Part shown: in pieces, positions 46,716 to 56,165 of the stretch
Layout: each line of letters opens with the position of its first letter
Position numbering within the stretch: position 1 is the stretch's first letter
Assembly: GCA_037441705.1 (NCBI GenBank)
Contig: JBBIRR010000013.1
Location: 14,073-78,072, forward strand
Source: Ignavibacteriales bacterium
GTDB taxonomy: Bacteria > Bacteroidota > Ignavibacteria > UBA10030 > UBA6906
Direction of reading: 5' to 3'
Length of the DNA stretch: 64,000 nucleotides
Program-made: the position numbers and the translations under genes
Notes under the pieces: model-generated
Seen by the model: only the letters and a program-made list of their open reading frames with translations
What the model was told of the DNA's origin: nothing
Databases searched by the model: none

Positions 46716-48083
46716 ATGTCGCTGCAGTCAATGAACCCAACGACCAATGACCTGATTCAGGAATACGAAGAACATTCCGACCGGGAACTTCAACACACGC
46801 TCGAAGTCGCACACAACGCATTTGGTGTGTGGAAGAGAACGAGTTTCGCCGAGCGTGCCGTGCATCTCAAGGCCGCTGCAGCCATCCTCCGCAGGCGGAA
46901 AGACGAAGAGGCACGACTGATGGCGCTCGAAATGGGCAAGCCGATTGCTCAGGGAGTTGCCGAAGCCGAGAAGTGTGCGTGGGTGTGTGAGTACTATGCC
47001 GATCATGCGGAGACGTTTCTTGCCGACGAGCCCATTGCCACCGACGCGTCGAAGAGTTTTGTGACATTTCAACCGCTCGGTGTTCTGCTCGCCATTATGC
47101 CGTGGAACTTTCCGTTCTGGCAGGTCTTCCGCGCTGCGGCACCCGCACTGATGGCCGGCAATGCCGTTGTTCTGAAGCATGCCTCAAACGTTACCGGCTG
47201 CGCGCTCGAGATCGAACGGCTGCTGCGTGAGGCTGGCTTGCCGCCCGGACTGTTTGCCGCGCTGCGCCTGTCGTCGTCTCGCGTTCGCTCACTGATCGAA
47301 CATCCACACGTGAACGCGGTGACTATCACCGGCAGTACGGCAGCGGGGAAAGCGGTTGCTGCACAGGCCGGCGCGGCGCTCAAGAAAACCGTGCTGGAAC
47401 TGGGCGGCAGCGACCCGTACATCGTGCTGGAAGATGCCAATCTCGACGAAGCAGTCGCGACATGCGTTGCCTCGCGTCTCATCAACAACGGCCAGAGCTG
47501 CATTGCGGCGAAACGCTTCATCATTGTCGAATCGCTCAAACAGAGATTCGAGGAGATGTTTGTCGAGCGCATGAACGCGCAGAAGCTCGGCGATCCGCTT
47601 GATCCTGCGGTCACCGTCGGCCCGCTCGCGCGGAACGACCTGCGCGACGAGCTGCATCAGCAGGTGAAGCGCAGCGTTGAGAAGGGCGCGCGGCTGCTGT
47701 GCGGCGGTGAAATCCCCGATCGTCGCGGCGCCTTCTATCCGCCCACCGTTCTGACGGAGGTAAAGAAAGGAATGCCGGCGTATGACCAGGAGTTGTTCGG
47801 GCCTGTTGCCGCCATCATCAGTGCAAGAGACGAGGCAGAAGCGATCCGCATCGCCAACGATTCGGTGTTCGGACTCGGCGCCGCCGTTTTTACCTCGGAT
47901 GTGAAGAAAGGGGAACGCATCGCCGCACAGGAGCTGGAGGCAGGCTCATGCTTTGTGAACGCCTTCGTCAGGTCCGACCCGCGGCTTCCGTTCGGCGGAA
48001 TCAAAGAATCGGGCTACGGACGAGAGCTTGCCGCATTCGGCATTCGTGAGTTTGTCAATATCAAGACTGTGTGGGTGAAGTAA
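46716..48083 (+). CDS. NAD(P)-dependent succinate-semialdehyde dehydrogenase (Sad/GabD1-like aldehyde dehydrogenase)
   Basis: MPWNFPFWQVFR, LKHAS, ITGS, LELGGSD, NNGQSCIAAKR, ELFGPV, PFGGIKESGYGRE. AGGAGA upstream of ATG 46716. Confidence 0.9.
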   Translation: MSLQSMNPTTNDLIQEYEEHSDRELQHTLEVAHNAFGVWKRTSFAERAVHLKAAAAILRRRKDEEARLMALEMGKPIAQGVAEAEKCAWVCEYYADHAETFLADEPIATDASKSFVTFQPLGVLLAIMPWNFPFWQVFRAAAPALMAGNAVVLKHASNVTGCALEIERLLREAGLPPGLFAALRLSSSRVRSLIEHPHVNAVTITGSTAAGKAVAAQAGAALKKTVLELGGSDPYIVLEDANLDEAVATCVASRLINNGQSCIAAKRFIIVESLKQRFEEMFVERMNAQKLGDPLDPAVTVGPLARNDLRDELHQQVKRSVEKGARLLCGGEIPDRRGAFYPPTVLTEVKKGMPAYDQELFGPVAAIISARDEAEAIRIANDSVFGLGAAVFTSDVKKGERIAAQELEAGSCFVNAFVRSDPRLPFGGIKESGYGRELAAFGIREFVNIKTVWVK

Positions 48084-48111
48084 GGCTGTCCCTCCTGCTG
48101 CCTCTTCTTCC

Positions 48112-48140
48112 TTGAATCTCTCTCTCCATTTGGGTAGAAT
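48112..48140 (+). promoter_or_regulatory. Sigma70-type promoter of serS
   Basis: TTGAAT-N17-TAGAAT. Confidence 0.7.
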
Positions 48141-48179
48141 GAAAGCGTTTCGCACTCCAGAACCGAAGCAGGGAGATTC

Positions 48180-49448
48180 ATGCTCGATATCAAATTCATT
48201 CGTGAACATCCGCAGACCGTCAAAGAAGGAGTTGTCAAGAAGGGAGAGGACCCGAAGAACGTTGATGAAGCGCTGCATCTGGATGAACGTCGGCGCAGCG
48301 TGTTGCAACGCGTGGAGCAGTTGAAGGCAACGAAGAACGCCGTCAGCGCAGAGGTTGCCAGGAAGAAAGCGAAGGGTGAGGATACCGCGGCCATCTTCGA
48401 GGAAATGCGACGCGTTTCCGATGAGATCAAAGCACTGGACGACGAGCTTGCCGGCATCGAAACCGACCTTCGCAACGTGCTTCTTGCCATTCCCAACATT
48501 CCCCATCCGTCTGTCCCGGTGGGCAAGACTCCGGCGGAGAATGTCGTACACGCCACGTGGGGCTCGCCGCCCGTTATCGATTTTCAACCAAGGCCGCATT
48601 GGGAGCTGGTGGAAAAACTGGGCATCATTGATTTTCCGCGCGGCGTGAAAATCACCGGCGCAGGCTTTCCGGTCTATGTCGGCAAGGGGGCGAAGCTGGA
48701 GCGAGCGCTGATCAATTTTTTTCTGGACGAAGCGGAAGCCGCCGGCTACACCGAGCTGGCACCACCGCTTCTGGTGAATGCGGCCAGCGCGACCGGCACG
48801 GGCCAGCTTCCCGACAAAGAAGATCAGATGTATGTGGTGACGAAGGATGATTTCTACCTGATTCCCACCGCAGAGGTTCCCGTGACGAATTTCTTTCGGG
48901 ATGAAATCCTGACGGAGCAACACCTGCCTCTCAAGATGTGTGCGTACACTCCCTGCTTCCGGCGCGAAGCGGGTTCGTACGGCAAGGACGTTCGGGGATT
49001 GAATCGCGTGCATCAGTTCGATAAAGTGGAACTCGTCAAACTGGTGCACCCGTCGACATCGTATGACGAACTGGAAAGCCTGCGTGCAGATGCCGAACGC
49101 CTGTTGCAGAAATTGAATCTCCCGTATCGGACGCTCCTGATGTGCACGGGCGACCTCGGGTTTACGCAGAGCAAGAAGTACGATCTGGAAGTGTGGGCAC
49201 AGGGTCAGCAGAAGTGGCTGGAAGTTTCTTCATGCAGCAACTTCGAAGCCTACCAGGCGCGCCGCATGAACATTCGTTTCAAACCTGCTGGAGGCGGCAA
49301 GTCGGAGATCGTCCATACACTGAACGGCTCGGGGCTCGCGCTCCCGCGCATCGTTGCGGCGATCATCGAGAACTATCAAACCCCCGAAGGGAAGGTGATC
49401 GTGCCGCGCGTCTTGCACAAGTACACAGGATTTGAGATTATTGGGTAG
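48180..49448 (+). CDS. serS: Serine--tRNA ligase
   Basis: MLDIKFIR, LIPTAEVP, CFRREAGSYGKD, RVHQFDKVE, EVSSCSN, HTLNGSGLA. Confidence 0.98.
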   Translation: MLDIKFIREHPQTVKEGVVKKGEDPKNVDEALHLDERRRSVLQRVEQLKATKNAVSAEVARKKAKGEDTAAIFEEMRRVSDEIKALDDELAGIETDLRNVLLAIPNIPHPSVPVGKTPAENVVHATWGSPPVIDFQPRPHWELVEKLGIIDFPRGVKITGAGFPVYVGKGAKLERALINFFLDEAEAAGYTELAPPLLVNAASATGTGQLPDKEDQMYVVTKDDFYLIPTAEVPVTNFFRDEILTEQHLPLKMCAYTPCFRREAGSYGKDVRGLNRVHQFDKVELVKLVHPSTSYDELESLRADAERLLQKLNLPYRTLLMCTGDLGFTQSKKYDLEVWAQGQQKWLEVSSCSNFEAYQARRMNIRFKPAGGGKSEIVHTLNGSGLALPRIVAAIIENYQTPEGKVIVPRVLHKYTGFEIIG

Positions 49449-49470
49449 ATATGGATGAGGGTGTGAGCCG

Positions 49471-51231
49471 TTGAAGCCGCTCCTACGATTACGACCATAC
49501 CTGGCCCGTTACCGGCGAACCCTCGCCTGGGGCCTTCTGACCGTGGTCTGCAGCAATCTCTTTACCGTTGCCCAACCTCAGTTTGTCGGTCGTGCGGTGG
49601 ACGCACTCAAGGAAGGACTCGAAGCGCATTCGCTCGAAGGCTCAACGCTGGTGTTCTGGGCGCTGGCCATCGTCCTGTTCTCGCTCATTGCGGGGACGTT
49701 CACTTTTCTGACGCGGCAGACGATCATCGTCGTGTCGCGGCACATCGAGTACGATCTGCGGAACGACTTCCTCGCGCACATCCAGAAACTCCCGCTCTCC
49801 TATTTCCAGAATACGCCGACCGGTGATCTGATGGCGCACGCAACCAACGATATCAGCGCCGTGCGCAACTGTCTCGGCCCGGGCATCATGTATCCTGCCG
49901 ATACGCTGATGACCTTCACGATGTCGTTGAGTGTGATGCTCTATACCGATTGGCAGCTTACGCTGCTGGCCATGATTCCGCTGCCGCTGGTCTCCTTCGC
50001 CGTGTATCGCCTTGGAAAGATTGTCCATCGGCGATTCGAAGAACGTCAGGAGCAGTACGCCAAGCTTACAACGCGCGCGCAGGAAAATCTGTCGGGCATT
50101 CGCGTCGTGAAAGCATACGTGCGCGAGGCGTATGAGATCGGGCAGTTTCGGACGTTGAGCTGGGAATACCTCAAGAAGAATCTTGTGCTTGCCCGTGTGC
50201 AGTCCATCATGTGGCCGCTGATGTTCTTGTTGGTCGGCTTCTCGCTGGTCATTGCACTGTATGCCGGCGGATTGAAAGTCATGAACAACGATCTGACCAT
50301 CGGGCAACTCACCGCCTTCTTCGGATACCTGGTGATGCTCATCTGGCCGATGATTGCCTTCGGCTGGGTCATCAACATTCTGCAGCAGGGTGCCGCTTCC
50401 ATGAGCAGGCTGACCCGCATTCTTGATACGGAGCCGGACATCAGGGACGGCAACCGCACGGACCACACGATCACGTCGCTGCGCGGCACCATCGAGTTCC
50501 GCCATGTTCACTTCACCCACAAAGGCGCGAATCGCGAGACTCTTACCGACATCAATCTCCTCATCCCCGAAGGCACAACGCTGGCCGTCGTAGGCTACAC
50601 CGGCTCGGGCAAGACGACGCTCGTCAATCTTATTCCCCGGCTCTATGACGTGACCTCCGGCGAAGTGCTGATTGATGGGCGCAATGTGAAGGAAATTCCG
50701 TTGAAAGTGCTGCGCTCGCACATCGGCTACGTGCCGCAGGAGACGTTTCTGTTTTCCGACACGATTGCGGAGAACATTCGGTATGGAACGGACGACGGAA
50801 CGGAAGACCACATTCGCGAAGCAGCCGAAATCTCGCGCATTGCGCATGACGTGAGCGACTTTCCGCGGGGATACGCCACGCTTCTGGGCGAACGCGGCAT
50901 CACCCTTTCGGGCGGCCAGAAGCAGCGCACCAGCATTGCCCGCGCCGTGATGCGTAAGCCGAGAATTCTGATCCTTGACGATGCACTTTCGGCCGTTGAT
51001 ACGTACACCGAAGAGGAGATCCTTAAGCGACTCCGCAGCATCATGAGAGGACGCACCAGCATCATCATCAGTCACCGCATCTCCACCGTGAAGGATGCCG
51101 ACCAGATCGTCGTCTTGCATGAAGGCAGGATGGTTGAGCGCGGAACGCACGACGAGCTTGTGGAACGGGGCGGGATTTACGCCGAGCTTCATAGAAAGCA
51201 GTTGTTGGAAGAAGAGCTGGATCAATTGTAA
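49471..51231 (+). CDS. ABC exporter, fused TMD-NBD (heterodimer subunit 1, degenerate site)
   Basis: Six TMs; GYTGSGKTT, LSGGQKQR, Walker B ILDD (Asp replaces the catalytic Glu); MdlA/YheI-like. Confidence 0.92.
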   Translation: MKPLLRLRPYLARYRRTLAWGLLTVVCSNLFTVAQPQFVGRAVDALKEGLEAHSLEGSTLVFWALAIVLFSLIAGTFTFLTRQTIIVVSRHIEYDLRNDFLAHIQKLPLSYFQNTPTGDLMAHATNDISAVRNCLGPGIMYPADTLMTFTMSLSVMLYTDWQLTLLAMIPLPLVSFAVYRLGKIVHRRFEERQEQYAKLTTRAQENLSGIRVVKAYVREAYEIGQFRTLSWEYLKKNLVLARVQSIMWPLMFLLVGFSLVIALYAGGLKVMNNDLTIGQLTAFFGYLVMLIWPMIAFGWVINILQQGAASMSRLTRILDTEPDIRDGNRTDHTITSLRGTIEFRHVHFTHKGANRETLTDINLLIPEGTTLAVVGYTGSGKTTLVNLIPRLYDVTSGEVLIDGRNVKEIPLKVLRSHIGYVPQETFLFSDTIAENIRYGTDDGTEDHIREAAEISRIAHDVSDFPRGYATLLGERGITLSGGQKQRTSIARAVMRKPRILILDDALSAVDTYTEEEILKRLRSIMRGRTSIIISHRISTVKDADQIVVLHEGRMVERGTHDELVERGGIYAELHRKQLLEEELDQL

Positions 51232-51252
51232 CAGAAATCGCATAACGGGATT

Positions 51253-53049
51253 ATGCACGAAGAAGAAATCCTTGGGAAAGCATACGATGCGGCTCTGATG
51301 AAGCGGCTGCTGAAGTATTTGCGGCCCTATCGGTGGCACGTAGCGTTGGGGATCGTGCTCAGCATCGCCGTCTCCGCTATGGAAGCGGTGCGCCCGTACT
51401 TTACGAAGATTGCCGTGGATGAACACATCGCTCGCGGCGACAGAGACGGCCTGCTCCTGACGGCACTCGTCTTTCTTGGCGTGCTGATCGTCCGCGGTGT
51501 CATTCAGTACTTCAATGCCTATCTCACACAGTGGATCGGGCAGAAGACGATCTTCGATTTGCGAATGGAAGTCTTCACGCACCTTCAAAATCTCGGACTC
51601 AGATTCTTCGACCGTAACCCCATCGGCCGGCTCATCACGCGCGTCACCAACGATATCGAAGTGCTGAACGACATGTTCTCCTCCGGCATCGTGATGGTCT
51701 TCAGCGACGTCTTCACGATCATCGGCATCCTCTACTTCATGTTCACGATGAACTGGCAGCTCGCGCTGATTTCGCTCAGCGTGCTGCCGTTGCTGTTCTA
51801 CGGCACGTTTCTCTTCCGCAAGAAGGCACGCGAAGCGTATCGGGAAGTGCGGCTTCAGCTTGCCCGCATCAACACCTTCATGCAGGAACACATCACCGGC
51901 ATGATGGTGGATCAAGTCTTTAATCGTGAAGAGAAAGCCTATCGCGAGTTTACCACCATCAACGCCGCTCATCGTGACGCGAACATCAAATCCATTTTCT
52001 ACTATGCCCTGTTCTATCCGGGCGTTGATTTGATCGGGGCGATTGCTGTCGGCCTGATCATCTGGTATGCCGGACTGGAAGCGTTGGATGGGATGGTGAC
52101 CATCGGAACGGTGATGGCGTTCCTCCAGTTCAACGAAATGTTCTGGCGGCCGATCAGGGATCTGTCGGAGAAGTACAACATCTTGCAAACAGCCATGGCG
52201 TCGTCCGAGCGCGTGTTCAAGCTGTTAGATGACCGCACGATGATTGTCGACCCGACGCAGCCCAAAACACTACCGACCGTCCGTGGCGAGATCGAGTTCC
52301 GCAACGTGTGGTTCACGTACGCGCCGGGCAAGCCCGATCAGGAAACGGAATGGGTGCTGAAGAACGTGTCGTTCACGATTCGCGCCGGCGAGACCGCCGC
52401 CATCGTCGGCCACACGGGAGCCGGTAAGACCTCCATAATCAACGTGCTGGCGCGGTTCTATGACATTCAAAAAGGAGAAATCCTCGTGGACGGTGTCAAC
52501 ATCAAGGACGTCCGCCAGCAGGACTTGCGCCGGCACATCGCCGTGGTTCTTCAGGATGTGTTCCTGTTCTCAGGAGACATTGCCACCAACATCAGTCTGG
52601 GCAATGAACACATCACCCGAGAACGTATCGAAGCTGCCGCCAATACCGTCGGCGCCGACGCATTCATCCGGCACTTGAGCGGAGGCTATGATGCAGAAGT
52701 GAAAGAGCGCGGCGCGACGCTTTCGGTAGGGCAGAAGCAGTTGATCTCATTCGCCCGGGCATTGGCATACGACCCGCGCATCCTGGTGTTGGACGAGGCA
52801 ACCTCCAGCGTGGACACCGAAACCGAGCAGCTGATTCAGCACGCCATTGCACGGCTGCTGCAGGGCCGCACCTCGATCGTCATTGCCCACCGACTCTCCA
52901 CCATCCAGAATGCCGATAGGATCATCGTTATGCACAAAGGGGAAATCCGCGAGATGGGCAAGCATCAGGAGCTGCTGGCCCTCGGAGGAATCTACTACAA
53001 GCTGTATCAGTTGCAGTACAAGGAGCAGGAGGTGAGCCAGACGGCATAG
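51253..53049 (+). CDS. ABC exporter, fused TMD-NBD (heterodimer subunit 2)
   Basis: GHTGAGKTS, LSVGQKQL, VLDEATS, IAHRLST; MdlB/YheH-like. Confidence 0.92.
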   Translation: MHEEEILGKAYDAALMKRLLKYLRPYRWHVALGIVLSIAVSAMEAVRPYFTKIAVDEHIARGDRDGLLLTALVFLGVLIVRGVIQYFNAYLTQWIGQKTIFDLRMEVFTHLQNLGLRFFDRNPIGRLITRVTNDIEVLNDMFSSGIVMVFSDVFTIIGILYFMFTMNWQLALISLSVLPLLFYGTFLFRKKAREAYREVRLQLARINTFMQEHITGMMVDQVFNREEKAYREFTTINAAHRDANIKSIFYYALFYPGVDLIGAIAVGLIIWYAGLEALDGMVTIGTVMAFLQFNEMFWRPIRDLSEKYNILQTAMASSERVFKLLDDRTMIVDPTQPKTLPTVRGEIEFRNVWFTYAPGKPDQETEWVLKNVSFTIRAGETAAIVGHTGAGKTSIINVLARFYDIQKGEILVDGVNIKDVRQQDLRRHIAVVLQDVFLFSGDIATNISLGNEHITRERIEAAANTVGADAFIRHLSGGYDAEVKERGATLSVGQKQLISFARALAYDPRILVLDEATSSVDTETEQLIQHAIARLLQGRTSIVIAHRLSTIQNADRIIVMHKGEIREMGKHQELLALGGIYYKLYQLQYKEQEVSQTA

Positions 53050-53050
53050 G

Positions 53051-53079
53051 TTGCAACTCACGCCGACGTTCATTATCAT
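53051..53079 (+). promoter_or_regulatory. Sigma70-type promoter of fbp
   Basis: TTGCAA-N17-TATCAT. Confidence 0.55.
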
Positions 53080-53155
53080 GAGGGTGGTTCTACTCCCCAC
53101 GTTCTTTCCCCTTCTACAAAATCACTCGGCACTACCAACGAACAGAGGAATCGCT

Positions 53156-54178
53156 ATGGACCCGAATCGTCAGCCGGCACCCAAGTTCATGACGCTCGAG
53201 CGTCACATCATGGAAGAGGAACGCAAGCATCCGAAAGCCACCGGGGAATTCTCCGGACTTCTGCACGCACTCTCACTCGCCGTCAAACTTGTCTGGCGCG
53301 AAGTGACCAAGGCGGGTCTCGTCAACATTCTCGGCAAAACCGACCGCATGAACATCAGCGGTGACGAGGTCAAGAAATTGGACGAGTTTGCCGACGAGAC
53401 CATCTACAAGGCGATGGATCACGGCGGGTATTTGTGTGTGATGGCCTCCGAAGAGAACGAAAACCTGCTTTCCATTCCCGATCACTACCCGCGCGGCAAG
53501 TATGTGCTGCTGTATGATCCGCTGGACGGCTCGGGAAACATTGATGCGAACATCACTGTCGGCACGATCTTCTCCGTGCTTATGCGCGTCACGCCTTCGG
53601 GCGAAGAAACGCTGGAGGACGTCCTGCAGCCGGGCTACAAGCAAGTGGCCGCCGGCTACGCGCTGTACAGCTCCAGCATGATGTTCGTGTACTCGACGGG
53701 ACACGGTGTTCACGGATTCACGCTGGATCCTTCTGTCGGAGAGTTTCTTCTTTCGCACGAGAACATCCGCATCCCGAAGCGCGGCTCAATCTATGCGGTG
53801 AACGAGGGGAATTACAACAGGTGGGAGCCGAACATGCGCCGCTACATTGACTGGCTGAAGACGGAAGACAAAGCCGACGGCCGTCCGTACTCGCTGCGCT
53901 ACATCGGTTCGCTGGTGGCGGATGTGCATCGCACCCTGATGTATGGCGGCATTTACTGCTATCCCGCCGACACGAAAAACCCGAACGGCAAGCTTCGCTT
54001 GCTCTATGAGAACAATCCGCTGGCATACATCGTCGAGCAGGCAGGAGGTGCCGCATCGGACGGCAAGCAACGCATCATGGACATTCAGCCGACGAAGCTG
54101 CATCAGAAGACGCCGCTGTTTATCGGCAGTGAGGAAGATGTGCGGATCGCGGAGGAGTTTCTGGCAGGCAAGCGATAA
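53156..54178 (+). CDS. fbp: Fructose-1,6-bisphosphatase class 1
   Basis: ASEE, YDPLDGSGNID, RYIGSLVADVHR, GKLRLLYE. Confidence 0.96.
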   Translation: MDPNRQPAPKFMTLERHIMEEERKHPKATGEFSGLLHALSLAVKLVWREVTKAGLVNILGKTDRMNISGDEVKKLDEFADETIYKAMDHGGYLCVMASEENENLLSIPDHYPRGKYVLLYDPLDGSGNIDANITVGTIFSVLMRVTPSGEETLEDVLQPGYKQVAAGYALYSSSMMFVYSTGHGVHGFTLDPSVGEFLLSHENIRIPKRGSIYAVNEGNYNRWEPNMRRYIDWLKTEDKADGRPYSLRYIGSLVADVHRTLMYGGIYCYPADTKNPNGKLRLLYENNPLAYIVEQAGGAASDGKQRIMDIQPTKLHQKTPLFIGSEEDVRIAEEFLAGKR

Positions 54179-54199
54179 CCGGACACATACGACGCTACG

Positions 54200-54232
54200 A
54201 AAAAACCCCGAGCCGCAGGCCCGGGGTTTTTC
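54200..54232. terminator. Bidirectional terminator between fbp and the CpoB-like gene
   Basis: AAAAACCCCG...CGGGGTTTTT with A and T tracts on both sides. Confidence 0.85.
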
Positions 54233-54252
54233 ATGTTCTCTCGTGCGAAGCG

Positions 54253-54951
54253 TCAGAGCGAATTCAGCTTCGCCTGCGCACGCGCGCGCAAAGGACTATC
54301 GGGATGGTCGCTGAGCAGTCGCTGAAATGCCTGCCGCGCTTCGTTCCGTCTTCCCAGTTGCGCGTAGCTGTTTCCGATCATGAACTGCGCGTCGTCCGCT
54401 TTGTCGGAACCGGTCATGCCCAGCACCACTTCAAAGTGCTGAATGGCATCATTGAACTTCTTCATGCCGAAATAGGATTCGCCGATCCAGTAGTGACAGT
54501 TGTCGGCAAGATCACTGCCGATGCCGGCATTCAACAATGCCGTAAAGTCCTCGATCGCTCCGCGGAAGTTTCTCTTGCGAAACTTTGCCAGCGCCTCTTC
54601 GTAGCGAGCCGGTGAGGGGGAAACGCTGGTCGGAGCGGGGCTGGGTGTCGTCGTGGGGCGCGGGGCTGCCATGCTTTCACTCAAGCGGCTTTGCAGCTCG
54701 GCCGCGCGCGCAATCAGATTGCGGTTCTCAGCCGTTACCGTTTCCAATTGCTGCTGGAGTTTTCGATTCTCATTCGTCAAGCTGTCGATCCGATATTCCA
54801 ACCGCGCCGTGACCGAGACCGGTGGCGTCGTCGTCCAGTCATCTTCCGTCGTTCCTTCTTGCACTGTGCCGCATCCGAACACGATGGTCGCACCGAGCAG
54901 AACGTACAGTGCAGCGAAGAGTCGGCCGGTATGGAATCCTGATCGTTTCAT
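54253..54951 (-). CDS. CpoB/YbgF-like lipoprotein (coiled coil + TPR)
   Basis: VFG-C lipobox; coiled coil; P/T-rich linker; ADNCHYWIGESYF, KADDAQFMIG, HPDSP. Confidence 0.8.
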   Translation of the reverse strand: MKRSGFHTGRLFAALYVLLGATIVFGCGTVQEGTTEDDWTTTPPVSVTARLEYRIDSLTNENRKLQQQLETVTAENRNLIARAAELQSRLSESMAAPRPTTTPSPAPTSVSPSPARYEEALAKFRKRNFRGAIEDFTALLNAGIGSDLADNCHYWIGESYFGMKKFNDAIQHFEVVLGMTGSDKADDAQFMIGNSYAQLGRRNEARQAFQRLLSDHPDSPLRARAQAKLNSL

Positions 54952-55015
54952 GGAAAGTTCTCCTCTGCGTTATGTGGAATGCGAAGTTCGGATTGGCTCA
55001 GCAAAAGCTGAATCA

Positions 55016-55044
55016 AATGTATCAATACACTTCAGGAAAGTCAA
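55016..55044 (-). promoter_or_regulatory. Sigma70-type promoter of the CpoB-like gene
   Basis: Minus strand TTGACT-N17-TACATT. Confidence 0.65.
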
Positions 55045-55079
55045 GCAACGCTTACGACAAAGAGGAGGCTCCAATGCCG

Positions 55080-56009
55080 TTACTCTCGAAGTCGTTCGTG
55101 CGGTTGCAGCGCGGATTTCAGATATTTCGCCGTTTTCGTGCATATTTCTTCTACAACAACGTCCGGCACACCGTCGGGGTGGCGGGATTGGAGCCGCATG
55201 TCGCACAGCTCGTTCACATAATCGACCACAACGAAGCGTCGTGTCTCTGTCAGTGCAATCTCGGTCGAAAAGAAATCCAGCATGCATACCTGCTGAATTT
55301 TTTTGGTGATGGTGATAAGCTGGCGCAGATGGTGAGCGGTCATTTCGTGTGCCGTCAGCAGGCGGTAGATGTGCGTCTCGTCGTCCCACCAGCACGGGAT
55401 GACGCTGCCGAAGATGGAAAACACTCTGAACCACGCGCGTCTGCCGCCGATGAGTCTGGGCACGATGCACTCTTGCAACAGGTACTTATCGTGTTTGTGA
55501 TGCTGGCGCGTCTCGAGCACGTCTCTGAGCGAAGCGGCGTTCCGTACAACGCCGATGCCTCCTCCGGTGGTGTTGGCCGGCTTGATGATAAACGGCCAAC
55601 CCAATTTAGCGATGTCGCTCAGGCGTAACTCAACTTCTTTTTTCTTCGTGTAGGGAGAGAGAATGACCGTGAAAGGTACTTCGATGCCCCTGGCAATGAA
55701 CTCGAGGTGCATTGTCGCCTTGTCGCTCGCGTGATGAACCCTGTCGGGATGATTGATGAAGAGTGTGGGGAGTGTACGGACGATACGCGCAAGAGGCGGA
55801 AACTTCTCATCACCATCACCCGCTCTGTCTATGAACGCGCCGAAGCGAAGTTCACCTTGCTGCAGTCGCGCGATCGTTTCGTAAACGTTGTGATGAGTGA
55901 TGGAGTAGGAAGAAAGCTTCCTGCGCTGCACGGCCGCTTCGAGCAGAGCAACGAAATCGCGGTCGTACTCCCAATCCCAGGCAATGGCAAGATCATAGTA
56001 CTCACACAT
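55080..56009 (-). CDS. Uncharacterised ATP-grasp fold protein
   Basis: FINHP...DKATMH, PFIIKPANTTGGGIGV, YLLQE, WFRVF, FSTEIA, VDYVNE. Start could be 56009 or 56030. Confidence 0.7.
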   Translation of the reverse strand: MCEYYDLAIAWDWEYDRDFVALLEAAVQRRKLSSYSITHHNVYETIARLQQGELRFGAFIDRAGDGDEKFPPLARIVRTLPTLFINHPDRVHHASDKATMHLEFIARGIEVPFTVILSPYTKKKEVELRLSDIAKLGWPFIIKPANTTGGGIGVVRNAASLRDVLETRQHHKHDKYLLQECIVPRLIGGRRAWFRVFSIFGSVIPCWWDDETHIYRLLTAHEMTAHHLRQLITITKKIQQVCMLDFFSTEIALTETRRFVVVDYVNELCDMRLQSRHPDGVPDVVVEEICTKTAKYLKSALQPHERLRE

Positions 56010-56083
56010 AGCGCAAGATACGGATTTCACGCAACGGTCGCTTGGAACTTAAGAATTGTTAAGACACGACCGATGCCGGTTCG

Positions 56084-56112
56084 TTGATTTTCCTTTGCAA
56101 CATCAGTATATT
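56084..56112 (+). promoter_or_regulatory. Sigma70-type promoter of the moxR-bat operon
   Basis: TTGATT-N17-TATATT. Confidence 0.65.
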
Positions 56113-56165
56113 TTTATCCGCCAAATTTAGAAAAACGCGAGCAGTTTCAACCACTCGGAGGGTGA

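Noticed and set aside
49642-52188. 848-aa minus-strand ORF
   Set aside because: Antisense shadow of the two ABC exporter genes.
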